Source: an uncultured Ruminiclostridium sp.
GTDB taxonomy: Bacteria > Bacillota > Clostridia > Oscillospirales > Ruminococcaceae
Reading direction: 5' to 3'
NCBI GenBank assembly: GCA_934490165.1
Contig: CAKSTB010000008.1
Coordinates: 3,095-67,094 of the forward strand
DNA length: 64,000 nt
In this document: piece after piece, positions 28,034 through 37,050 of the stretch
Numbering within the stretch: the first letter of the stretch is position 1
How the letters are laid out: every line of letters starts with the position of its first letter
Position numbers and translations under genes: made by a program
Notes under the pieces: model-generated
The model's input: the letters and a program-made list of their open reading frames with translations, nothing else
Database searches by the model: none
What the model was told of the DNA's origin: nothing

Positions 28034-28536
28034 AGCTCCTTAATTACAACACTGCCGCTCTCAAGCGACTTCCGGCAGTCGATTATTCTCTGATTTTTAC
28101 TTCCTTTGAAGCGCAGCTCAAGACTTTTCTCCGAAAGAACAAATCTACCGTCCACCAGTATATCCACTACCGACAGCAGATTTTTAACGTCCTCGTCCGT
28201 CTTTGATTTTTCAACAAGCTGTTCAAAGGTAAAGCCTGTATATGACATTATATCAAGCTTTGTGTTCTCTTTTATCTTCTTTGCAAGCTCATACAAGGGT
28301 GCAGGCTGGCAGAACGGCTCTCCGCCGGAGAATGTCACACCTTTGAGCAGAGGGTTAGCCACTATATGATTATATATCTTATCCGTATCGGCAAGCCTGC
28401 CGCCGTTAAAATCATGCGTTTCGGGGTTGTGGCAACCCTCGCAATGGTGCGGACAGCCCTGAGTAAATATTGTATATCTTATTCCCGGTCCGTCCACGAT
28501 CGATTCACTGACCGTACCGGCTATTCTGATAAGCAT
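28030..28536 (-). CDS. nrdG: Anaerobic ribonucleoside-triphosphate reductase activating protein (radical SAM).
   Basis: GPGIRYTIFTQGCPHHCEGCHNPETHDF and GVTFSGGEPF. 168 aa. Confidence 0.88.
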   Translation of the reverse strand: MLIRIAGTVSESIVDGPGIRYTIFTQGCPHHCEGCHNPETHDFNGGRLADTDKIYNHIVANPLLKGVTFSGGEPFCQPAPLYELAKKIKENTKLDIMSYTGFTFEQLVEKSKTDEDVKNLLSVVDILVDGRFVLSEKSLELRFKGSKNQRIIDCRKSLESGSVVIKEL

Positions 28537-28675
28537 TGTATCACTTTCCTTTTTACATTATCCTATTTATTATAGCCTTATTCAGAGGAAAAAGCAATAG
28601 ATTGAAAACGTTTCCCGAATTTTTCACATAAAAAACAGGCGGTTGATTTCCGCCTGCTATATTACCTTGACATTT

Positions 28676-29074
28676 TTACGCCGACTCTCCGCTTTCCTGC
28701 TTCTCTCTGCATTCACTGCAAATGCCCTTTATACTTATCTCGTACTCGGTAACGTCAAAATCATACTTTGTGCGTATCTTATCGTTAAGGCACATCATCT
28801 CTCCGAGCTCGACATCAAACACCTTTTCACAGCAGCTGCATATCATATGAAAATGCGGATCTGTCCTGCCGTCAAAACGCACGCTTCCGTAAGAACTGCA
28901 TATCTTCTTGAGTATACCGTGGTCTGCAAGCTGGTTTAAATTGCGGTAAACAGTACCTAGGCTTATTTTTGGGTAACTGCGCCTTGCTATATCGTATACC
29001 TGCTCCGCTGTCGGGTGGATAGGATTTGACACAACGATATTCAGTATACAGTTTCTCTGTTGGGAATAGTTCAT
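28676..29074 (-). CDS. Fur-family metalloregulator (Fur/Zur/PerR type).
   Basis: Winged helix (ISLGTVYRNLNQLADHGIL). HFHMIC, CCEKV and CSEC provide CxxC pairs. 132 aa. Confidence 0.85.
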   Translation of the reverse strand: MNYSQQRNCILNIVVSNPIHPTAEQVYDIARRSYPKISLGTVYRNLNQLADHGILKKICSSYGSVRFDGRTDPHFHMICSCCEKVFDVELGEMMCLNDKIRTKYDFDVTEYEISIKGICSECREKQESGESA

Positions 29075-29094
29075 ACTGCTCTCCAGTCCTCCTA

Positions 29095-29712
29095 TCAGGT
29101 ATAGCTCTCGTTATCCGTCACCCAATGACGAATTCTGAGCGGGATACCCAGTCCTTCGGCAAGCTCCTTGCACTGCTCGATCTGCTCCGGTGTTATTACG
29201 TCTACCACCGTAAACTTTACCTCGGGTACAATAGTCTTTACAGTCTTTGCAAAATTCAGCATTGAATTGAATGACGGAAGTCCGAACTTAGGACGCGTCA
29301 CCTCAAGATAGCTCTCTGGGTCGGGAGCATTAAGGCTTATAGAAATACAGTCGATTATATATCGCATTTTGTATGAGTCAAACGCGGGATTTATAAAGTC
29401 GACCAGTCCGTTGGTATTTATACGGATCTTCATACCCGTAGCTTGCTTTACATACTTTGCGACCTCGAGCAGAACGTCCGCACGTTCCATAGGTTCACCG
29501 TAGCCGCAGAATACAAGCTCGTGAAGTCCCGTCTTGTCAAAATCGTCAAAAGCCTTGATGATCTCTTCATAGCTCGGCTCATGCTCAAGCCAAAGGCTGT
29601 CGTTATCCGCCACACTGTCGCCGTTTTTTCTTATGCAGAAAACACAGGCACATGGACATTTATTCGTTATATTGGCATAAAGCTTACCCTCAAATTCATA
29701 GAATATCGTCAT
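29095..29712 (-). CDS. Small radical SAM protein. From memory it resembles the TatD-associated radical SAM family.
   Basis: CxxxCxxC cluster motif NKCPCACVFCIR near the N-terminus. 205 aa. Confidence 0.7.
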   Translation of the reverse strand: MTIFYEFEGKLYANITNKCPCACVFCIRKNGDSVADNDSLWLEHEPSYEEIIKAFDDFDKTGLHELVFCGYGEPMERADVLLEVAKYVKQATGMKIRINTNGLVDFINPAFDSYKMRYIIDCISISLNAPDPESYLEVTRPKFGLPSFNSMLNFAKTVKTIVPEVKFTVVDVITPEQIEQCKELAEGLGIPLRIRHWVTDNESYT

Positions 29713-29826
29713 ATTACACCTCCGTGGATAAACTGATAATCTTTCTCACATTAGTATAACATAAAGGCAAAAATTAGTCAATAGAAAAAACGGCTTTTCT
29801 GCGCGGAAAATTAACCCTGTCGGCGA

Positions 29827-31416
29827 TTATCCCCGCATTCTGTCGTATATCCCGTCGGATTTTACGGTAGTAACCGAAAGAGGGAAATATACTTGTGATA
29901 TTCTGCTTTCCTTCATCTGAGCCAGTGCAACACGACACCTCGGACGCAGATTTTCATCGGTATCACCGAGCTTTTCAATATAAGGAGCGGCACCCTCGGA
30001 CAAGGCGGAAAGGCTGTAAGTATCAATCTCCGCTATATTGCCGCTGAGATAGCTTTCAACATTATATTGTGCTATTCTGGCATCGGGGTCGCAAAAGCAC
30101 AGCGCACCGAGCATTGCGGTAAACGACACAAAAAGCGTCAGCACGGTTTTCATATCAGGTAATATCTCGTGCAGTATCAGCACAAAGAAAACTATACCGA
30201 GCAATATCATAAACCATGATGTGTAAAATCTGAGTCCCGTAAGTCCATATTCACCGATGTACATTATCATCTTTGACATTGCGCTGCATATCAGAAGTAT
30301 TGTGGCAATACCGAATACCGCAGAGTAAATCCTCACAACAGCAGGCTTTCTGCCATTGTCATTTCTTTTAGCAAGCACTTCTGCAAGGAATATCACGAAA
30401 AGATCAAGCACCGCAACTCCGCACAACTCAAAAAAGCCCTGTCTGGCATATTCGCTGTAGCTGTAGCCCTCGGGCAGGACACCGCCGAACGCACTTAGAA
30501 AATACGGTATCTGGCACGCGAAGAACAGAAGATATATAACTATAAGAGGCGTAAGCGCCGCGCATACAGCCGCGGCAGGCACTTTCGCCGCTTTCCCGCT
30601 GTCACCTGTCATCTTGCGCTTTCTGCCCTTTGCACCGCTCATAATGCCGAAAAGTAGAAACGAAAAAGGTATGCTTACTGCGAGAATTATAATATTACTG
30701 AAAAAGTTGTTGAAAAATCCGCCTGTCATAACGGATATCATTCTGCCGAAATTATCATCTGCGCTTGAAAGCGCCGCACCCGCTATCAATGTTGCGGGAA
30801 TAGAGCAAAGTATCCCGAGCAGAATATACAGTGCGGTTTTGCTCTTATGCTCCTTTTTTGCAAACGGAACAGCCATGCTCCTCGGTGCTGCTGTGAAGTT
30901 TCTGAACGATACCGAAAATACCGCTTCGCACAGCTCCCTTGCAAACCCCTCCGAAAACAGCGGCTTGGTTGTAGTAAAGCTGTAAGCAAAGTAACAAAGC
31001 AGAATTGCGGCATACACCCATGAAAGAAAGCGTACAAGTCCGGTTGATGCAAATATCGGAACAGTGCAGAATATTATCACACAGCCGAATATCGCCCACT
31101 GTGAAGCTGTCGGCTTTTTGCCGATATATATTACCGCCATAACAGCAAGAGCGGCAACAATAATATGATACCAGCCCGATGCTATAACCTCTGCAAACGG
31201 AAATATCTCGCCCTCGGTAAAGAACAGCTTAAGTGTTATAAAGCCGAGTACAGCCGTAAGCACAGCGAATATGAAGTCGCGCATATTGTAAGTTTTCTTC
31301 GCCTCGGGAGGACCTTGCAGACTGTTATACATCGGTGCATATTGACCCTCTGCCCTGCCGTATACATTCACCGGCTGAACATTGCCGTATTGTTCTGCAT
31401 TATTATACTCATTCAT
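29827..31416 (-). CDS. Polytopic membrane protein (DUF4153-like).
   Basis: I place the start at ATG 31416 (MNEYNNAEQYG...), which overlaps the stop of the upstream HTH gene by 8 nt. More than 10 hydrophobic segments. The family label is from memory. Confidence 0.65.
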   Translation of the reverse strand: MNEYNNAEQYGNVQPVNVYGRAEGQYAPMYNSLQGPPEAKKTYNMRDFIFAVLTAVLGFITLKLFFTEGEIFPFAEVIASGWYHIIVAALAVMAVIYIGKKPTASQWAIFGCVIIFCTVPIFASTGLVRFLSWVYAAILLCYFAYSFTTTKPLFSEGFARELCEAVFSVSFRNFTAAPRSMAVPFAKKEHKSKTALYILLGILCSIPATLIAGAALSSADDNFGRMISVMTGGFFNNFFSNIIILAVSIPFSFLLFGIMSGAKGRKRKMTGDSGKAAKVPAAAVCAALTPLIVIYLLFFACQIPYFLSAFGGVLPEGYSYSEYARQGFFELCGVAVLDLFVIFLAEVLAKRNDNGRKPAVVRIYSAVFGIATILLICSAMSKMIMYIGEYGLTGLRFYTSWFMILLGIVFFVLILHEILPDMKTVLTLFVSFTAMLGALCFCDPDARIAQYNVESYLSGNIAEIDTYSLSALSEGAAPYIEKLGDTDENLRPRCRVALAQMKESRISQVYFPLSVTTVKSDGIYDRMRG

Positions 31417-31627
31417 TTTCGCCACCGCCTTTATAACACAGGATATCACCGGGCTGACACTGTAAGACCTCACATATCTTTTCAAGCGTTGAAAAGCGGA
31501 TAGCCTTTGCCTTGCCCGTTTTCAGCACCGACAGATTTGCGGGGGTTATGCCGATGGCGGCGGCAAGCTCGTTTGACGAGATTTTCCGCATAGCCATCAT
31601 TACATCAAGATTTATTTCAATTGCCAT
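31409..31627 (-). CDS. Small XRE-type helix-turn-helix transcriptional regulator (YozG-like).
   Basis: 72 aa: MAIEINLDVMMAMRKISSNELAAAIGITPANLSVLKTGKAKAIRFSTLEKICEVLQCQPGDIL. Confidence 0.85.
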   Translation of the reverse strand: MAIEINLDVMMAMRKISSNELAAAIGITPANLSVLKTGKAKAIRFSTLEKICEVLQCQPGDILCYKGGGENE

Positions 31628-31643
31628 ATCAGTACCTCACAAA

Positions 31644-32105
31644 TCAGATAGTAAAGTCGTTCTCTTCTTTTATTTCGATCGCCTGCTCAAAGACATTCTT
31701 GATAACGCGGAGAATAAGTCCGAAGAACGCGGCAGCCGCAACGATCAGCCATGCAAACGGTCTTATAAAACTGAAATAAATGAAAATAACACTTGCCGCA
31801 AAACAGCAATACGATATTACCCTGAGCATTGTTACATTCTTAGCGGTAAATACATCACCGCGCTTTATATTCGATATCAGTCTGTCAAGTGCAATTACCA
31901 GTAAAGTTGCCGGTACTGCCGAACAATACAGCGTAACTATAAGCGGAACAAACACCGACTGACCCGTAAGCTTTATGACCCCTTGGTCGTATATTTTCAC
32001 AATATAAGGACCTATAAAACAGCTTACGATTATAAGTGCAAATACTATTCTGACAAGTACAAGAGATAAAGTTACCGAAAAATTCTTCCTTTTCAAAAAA
32101 TTCAT
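31644..32105 (-). CDS. DUF2975-like membrane protein, the usual partner of YozG-like HTH genes.
   Basis: 153 aa, 4 TM segments, immediately upstream of the small HTH gene. The association is recalled from family knowledge. Confidence 0.65.
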   Translation of the reverse strand: MNFLKRKNFSVTLSLVLVRIVFALIIVSCFIGPYIVKIYDQGVIKLTGQSVFVPLIVTLYCSAVPATLLVIALDRLISNIKRGDVFTAKNVTMLRVISYCCFAASVIFIYFSFIRPFAWLIVAAAAFFGLILRVIKNVFEQAIEIKEENDFTI

Positions 32106-32264
32106 ATCCTTTCATAAGGCGGTTGCCTTTGTTTTCCTGAATTATAACACAGCGTTTTTCGTTTGTCAATAGATTTTTATCGTTTTTCGATAATTTTTTA
32201 TTGCTTATAGATATAAAAAAGAGCGGATGTACTTTTACATCCGCTCTTTTCGGGTAAGCTCTGT

Positions 32265-33590
32265 TTAATTACCTGTTTTTTTAGTATTCATTACAATTAT
32301 ACCTGTATATACTCCGTTTTCTTCAAATGCAGTAAAGCTTCCTGAGTAAATCCCTGCAATATCACGCAGTATCTGCTGACCGTATCCGTGCAGAAAAGTA
32401 TCGTCTTCTCTGGGCACTTCAACACCAGATACATAATTTTTAACCGTTATGTAGACACTTGTGCTGTCGTTTACAGCCTTGACTGTTATCACCTTTTTAT
32501 CTTTCTGTTCATCTGTAAATCCCGCTTCGGCTCTTATCGCGTTGTCAAGCAGATTTGCAAACACACTGCACAGATGGTTCTGCGTTATATTATGAATATC
32601 TTCTAGTGAGATGTGCGTATCGAAAGTAATACCGAATTTTTCAGCTTCCGCCTTTTTTTCGGCAATTACAGCATTTATTATTGATACACTGCAGAATTCG
32701 TACTCTTTCGTAGCTCTGATACTGCTTTCGAGTTCACCGAGAAGCTCGTCCGCCTGTTCGGTATGTCCACGCTTTACAAGACTTCTTATAGCCACGAGCT
32801 GATTATTTATATCATGCCGTATCTTCGCTACCTCATAGCGTTTTTCTTCGATCTCCCTGAAGTGCTGTTCTTCAAGCCTGTGAGCATATTTAAGAGAGTT
32901 CACCTCCTGCTCAAGAAAATATTTTTTCTCTATATCGGAAATGAAATTCATATAAATTATATCCGCGATAAGAAATGTTACAAAAGCCAGTGTCAGCATC
33001 AGTGAAGAATTTTCGCGCAAGAGAGGATGCTGAGGATTATCGGCTGTACCTGCATGATCCGCAACAATTGCTATCATAGCGAATATCTGTGCGAGGGGAA
33101 ACAGAATGAGTGTGGGATTCATCTTTACCGATACCGAGCGATTTACGATTTTGTTCCACAAAAGTGAATATAAATACTTCAAAGGAATGCATATTACGGT
33201 AAACATAATAGTAGCCACCATGCGGTTGAAAGTGTAGATATCTTCCGTTGTCTGAAAATCATTCATATTGAGTGCCATCATCAGCCCCAGAATAGCCATA
33301 TCCACACCTACGTTTATCAACATATCAAATGCACAGAAAACAAAAGCTTTAACTGTATTTGCTTCGGATAAAAGCCTCAGCACGGCAAAAAGAAGCAGAA
33401 ACAGTACCAGTGTTTTGAGCGGGATATAAATGTGCAAAAATATCTGAGGAAAAACCACAATAAACGACACTGCCGAAGCTGCCGCTGTATATCTCAAATG
33501 GGATACCTTCATAGTAAAGCACAACGAAAAAGACCAACAGGTTACTAAACACTGTATTAGATAAGAAACCAGAGTCACCCATGCGTACAC
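32265..33590 (-). CDS. AgrC/LytS-type sensor histidine kinase (GHKL ATPase, polytopic N-terminus).
   Basis: Six to seven TM helices. H-box IRHDINNQLVAI. N-box FANLLDNAIRA. Confidence 0.8.
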   Translation of the reverse strand: MYAWVTLVSYLIQCLVTCWSFSLCFTMKVSHLRYTAAASAVSFIVVFPQIFLHIYIPLKTLVLFLLLFAVLRLLSEANTVKAFVFCAFDMLINVGVDMAILGLMMALNMNDFQTTEDIYTFNRMVATIMFTVICIPLKYLYSLLWNKIVNRSVSVKMNPTLILFPLAQIFAMIAIVADHAGTADNPQHPLLRENSSLMLTLAFVTFLIADIIYMNFISDIEKKYFLEQEVNSLKYAHRLEEQHFREIEEKRYEVAKIRHDINNQLVAIRSLVKRGHTEQADELLGELESSIRATKEYEFCSVSIINAVIAEKKAEAEKFGITFDTHISLEDIHNITQNHLCSVFANLLDNAIRAEAGFTDEQKDKKVITVKAVNDSTSVYITVKNYVSGVEVPREDDTFLHGYGQQILRDIAGIYSGSFTAFEENGVYTGIIVMNTKKTGN

Positions 33591-33652
33591 ATTATCGTAA
33601 TTTATAAGCTGCGTAATTATCCGCCTCCTTATCCGCAGTTATTTCCGACGGA

Positions 33653-34366
33653 TCATGCGTTATCATCGGCAAGAAAGCCGGTATATCTGAGAAGAAACTC
33701 CTGTCGCTTGGCGCGTGATACAGGTATTGTCGGACAGCCGTCAATGATTATATTGTCGCCGACAAAGCCGTTTATCTTTCTCATATTTACGCAGAAGCTC
33801 TTATGACAGCGCATAAACCCATAAGGGAGATGTCTGCATTCATCGTCAAGCTTCCCCAGACAAAGATATGTACCTGTTGCAGTAACATATTTAATGTTGT
33901 GACTGACAGATTCCATGTAAAGCACATCTTCGACTTTAATTTTAACATATCCGCCCCTGTATTCACGTTTAATGATCGTTGAACGACTGCGCTCAATAAG
34001 CTCTTCTGCCTTTTCAAGCGATTTCATAAGCGCATCTTTCGCAATGGGTTTTACCAGAAAACCCGCTACGTTATCTTTTTTCAGAAATACATCCTGGATA
34101 TATTTTTCCGTATAGGCCGTTACCATTATTATCTGTGTACGCTGATTTTTGTTAATAACATCATCTATATAATCAAGTCCGTTCCCGTCTTCACCGAACT
34201 CTATGTCAAGCAGTAATACATCACACACCTCATCGCCCGTAAGGTACTCGGAAGGGGTTCTCATAACCGAACAAATGTGATCGGATAATATATCAGCGAA
34301 GTCATCTTTAAACTTGTTCAGATAATCCTCGTTATCATCTATATAACAAATCCTCATACTATACAC
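33653..34366 (-). CDS. LytR/AlgR (LytTR) family response regulator.
   Basis: Receiver domain (DVLLLDIEFG...IIMVTAY) plus a LytTR DNA-binding domain (IKVEDVLYMESVSHNIKYVTATGTY...FMRCHKSFCVN). Confidence 0.88.
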   Translation of the reverse strand: MYSMRICYIDDNEDYLNKFKDDFADILSDHICSVMRTPSEYLTGDEVCDVLLLDIEFGEDGNGLDYIDDVINKNQRTQIIMVTAYTEKYIQDVFLKKDNVAGFLVKPIAKDALMKSLEKAEELIERSRSTIIKREYRGGYVKIKVEDVLYMESVSHNIKYVTATGTYLCLGKLDDECRHLPYGFMRCHKSFCVNMRKINGFVGDNIIIDGCPTIPVSRAKRQEFLLRYTGFLADDNA

Positions 34367-34624
34367 CTCTTTTGGTATTATAGCATTTTATACAGAATGT
34401 TGCAAGTAAAAATATGTTATTTCGACGTGATTAAAAATTATTGCAAATAAGGATTTTCAAGAAAATTCGATATCGATTTATCGGTTTATTCAACAACAAC
34501 AGACGATTTTTCAGTCGGAAATCTATCCGATAAATTTATTTAAGACATAAGCAAGCACAAAAACGCAGAAAGCAGAAATATACACTTTTCTGTATATAAT
34601 ACATTTTCGGCAAACGGTAAGGGT

Positions 34625-34658
34625 ATAAAAAAGCCGATGATAAACACTGTTATCATCG
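34625..34658 (-). terminator. Terminator of the c-di-GMP phosphorelay operon.
   Basis: Stem CGATGATAA (34635-34643) / TTATCATCG (34650-34658). The minus-strand transcript then reads GCTTTTTTAT. Confidence 0.6.
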
Positions 34659-34674
34659 ACCCGGTTGTTATTAT

Positions 34675-35055
34675 TTACTTGCACCTTTTCAATATACTTA
34701 TTATCCTTGTGTACTCCTTAACGGCAGGGATAAGAAGCTGTTGTGCGTTGTCATAATCACCTTTTCTCAGATATTCTGTAATTTCAACGAATATGCAGCG
34801 CAGCTTCTCAAATCCGAGATTAGCGGCTATACCTTTCATAGTGTGAGCCGCTCTGAATGCTTTTTGTGTTTCATGTTCGTTCATTGCACCGACAAACTCT
34901 GCAAAGTGTTCATCGTGCAAAAATTCGCGTATTGCCGGCTCTACGGCTTCTTCATCGCACTCAAGCCGCTGTAATATGCTGTCATAGCTTTCTCCAAGAA
35001 GCTCATAGCATTCTCTCATTGAAAGACCGCTATCGTATTTGTCATTCATATTCAT
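34675..35055 (-). CDS. Stand-alone Hpt (histidine phosphotransfer) domain protein.
   Basis: 126 aa. The phospho-His motif is AAHTMKGIAANLGFEKL. Confidence 0.85.
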   Translation of the reverse strand: MNMNDKYDSGLSMRECYELLGESYDSILQRLECDEEAVEPAIREFLHDEHFAEFVGAMNEHETQKAFRAAHTMKGIAANLGFEKLRCIFVEITEYLRKGDYDNAQQLLIPAVKEYTRIISILKRCK

Positions 35056-35102
35056 GCCGTTACCCTCACATTTATCCGAATATAACTGTCATCGGATAGT
35101 AA

Positions 35103-37022
35103 TCAGCTTTTGAATTTTTCTTTTATATCGTCCTGTATATCAAGCAGACATTCGAGAAGCTCGGGATTGAACGCTCCGCATTCTCCGCCGAGTATCATAA
35201 TTATTGCCTTTTCATGCGGGAATGCCTTTTTATACACACGTTCGCTTACAAGCGCGTCATATACGTCTGCTACCGATACTACCTGTGCGGCTATCGGTAT
35301 CTCATCACCCTTAAGGCCATCGGGATATCCCCTGCCGTCATAGCGCTCATGATGCCATCGGCATATGGTGTATGCCACTTTGATAAGCTCTTCGTCCTTA
35401 TACTGTTCGAGCTTTTCAAGCATATCCGCACCTATCATCGAATGTGTTTTCATTATTGCAAACTCCTCATCGGTAAGTCTGCCGGGCTTATTGAGTATCT
35501 TGTCGTCGATACCCATCTTGCCTATATCGTGAAGCGCCGATGCCATTGTTATAAGATGCCTTTTATTGCTGTCAAGCTTGTACTTATCCGTTTTCTTAAC
35601 GAGCTGTTCAAGCAGCATCTCCGTCAGCATTCTGATATGTACAACGTGCAATCCGCTCTCACCGTTTCTGAACTCAACTATCTGGCTCAATATGCCTATC
35701 ATCATATCATTGTTGCGTTCTTTTTCGTTTATCTGATCGGTAAGCAGCATAAGCAACCTGCGCTGCTTGGAATAAAGCTTTATCGTATTGAAAACTCTGT
35801 GATGCACCACTTTTGCGTCAAACGGTCTGTTTATAAAGTCGGATACACCGAGCTCATATGCCTCACGCACCGTATCCGCCGAGTGGTCGCTTGATATCAT
35901 AATTACCGGTATATCATCGATAAAATGATTGTCATTCATGTAGCTCAGCACATCAAAGCCGCTCATACCGGGCATCACTATATCAAGCAGTATCAGTGAA
36001 ATGCCTGTGCCGTACTGCTCGAGCATAGATATGCACCTTTCACCGTTTTCGGCTTCAAGTACATTAAATCCGACACCGAGCATTGAAGAAAGTATCGCAC
36101 GGTTAAGCTCAGAATCGTCTACTATCAGGATATTCAGCTTATCCTCGGCTTCATCTTCCCGCCTGTCCTTATCGGTAACTACCGTATTCTTGTGTGCCTT
36201 TGCCGTATACATCAGCTTGTCCGCACGGATAACGGCATTCTGTAAAGGCTCTTTATCCGCAATTACACCGCCTATGCTGACCGACAGATTTATGCCCGAA
36301 TAGTCAGTCATATCTGTCCTGCGAACCTTTCTTTTGATCTCCCCCAGCTTGCGGTTGAAGTTTTTTTCATTTTCAACACCGGGCATCAAAAGCAGAAACT
36401 CATCGCCGCCGTAACGGATAAGCGTATCCGTTCTTCTGATACAGTCCTTTATCGCACCGACAACCGCTTTAAGGACCTCATCGCCGGTATCGTGCCCCCG
36501 CGTATCGTTGTACACCTTGAAATCGTCAAGGTCTATCATAACGACACCGCCTGAGAACGCCGTATTCTTCAGCGTTTCTTCAAAATATCTGCGATTGAAT
36601 GTACTTGTCAGGCTGTCGCGGTAAACCTCCTCGTTGCTTTTTGCAAGCTTGCCGATAAGCTCTTCTCTGCCGTTTAAGCTGAACACCGCGTTCTTGTCTA
36701 TGGGCTTCATCATTTCCATTATGCAAGGCTCTCCGTCAACCTCAACATACTTTGCGATGACCTGAAATATGTCTTTTCCGACAAGGTCAAACTTTGCTAT
36801 CTGCGACTTTGTTTCAAGCGCTTTCAATTCAATTCCGTCAAGATAGATCTCATCATCGTCAACATTCAGAAACAGGTTATTGTCCCTGTCCTCCTGCGTA
36901 CATATTCTGCCGTTTCTGACCTGTTCCTCGCTCAGCAGTCTTGCGTGGGCAAACAGTGTTGAGAAGCACTGTACCTGCGCCTGCGCCTGCTGATTTGTAA
37001 GCTTCATTACTTCTTCTGTCAT
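35103..37022 (-). CDS. Multidomain c-di-GMP enzyme: N-terminal sensor-like domain, GGDEF, receiver, HD-GYP.
   Basis: I place the start at ATG 37022, preceded by AGGAGGAAAT. GGDEF active site RYGGDEF with I-site RRTD 5 residues upstream. REC: ILIVDDSELNR...LLDIVMPGMSG. HD-GYP: LHDIGK...HHERYDGRGYPDGL. Confidence 0.88.
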   Translation of the reverse strand: MTEEVMKLTNQQAQAQVQCFSTLFAHARLLSEEQVRNGRICTQEDRDNNLFLNVDDDEIYLDGIELKALETKSQIAKFDLVGKDIFQVIAKYVEVDGEPCIMEMMKPIDKNAVFSLNGREELIGKLAKSNEEVYRDSLTSTFNRRYFEETLKNTAFSGGVVMIDLDDFKVYNDTRGHDTGDEVLKAVVGAIKDCIRRTDTLIRYGGDEFLLLMPGVENEKNFNRKLGEIKRKVRRTDMTDYSGINLSVSIGGVIADKEPLQNAVIRADKLMYTAKAHKNTVVTDKDRREDEAEDKLNILIVDDSELNRAILSSMLGVGFNVLEAENGERCISMLEQYGTGISLILLDIVMPGMSGFDVLSYMNDNHFIDDIPVIMISSDHSADTVREAYELGVSDFINRPFDAKVVHHRVFNTIKLYSKQRRLLMLLTDQINEKERNNDMMIGILSQIVEFRNGESGLHVVHIRMLTEMLLEQLVKKTDKYKLDSNKRHLITMASALHDIGKMGIDDKILNKPGRLTDEEFAIMKTHSMIGADMLEKLEQYKDEELIKVAYTICRWHHERYDGRGYPDGLKGDEIPIAAQVVSVADVYDALVSERVYKKAFPHEKAIIMILGGECGAFNPELLECLLDIQDDIKEKFKS

Positions 37023-37050
37023 ATTTCCTCCTGACACAAACACACAAGTG

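Noticed and set aside
34440-34560. Inverted repeat GATTTATCGG ... CCGATAAATT upstream of the LytTR operon, considered as a LytTR autoregulatory site.
   Set aside because: LytTR sites are direct repeats, while this is a widely spaced (~40 nt) inverted pair in AT-rich DNA. It could be chance, and there is no second line of evidence.
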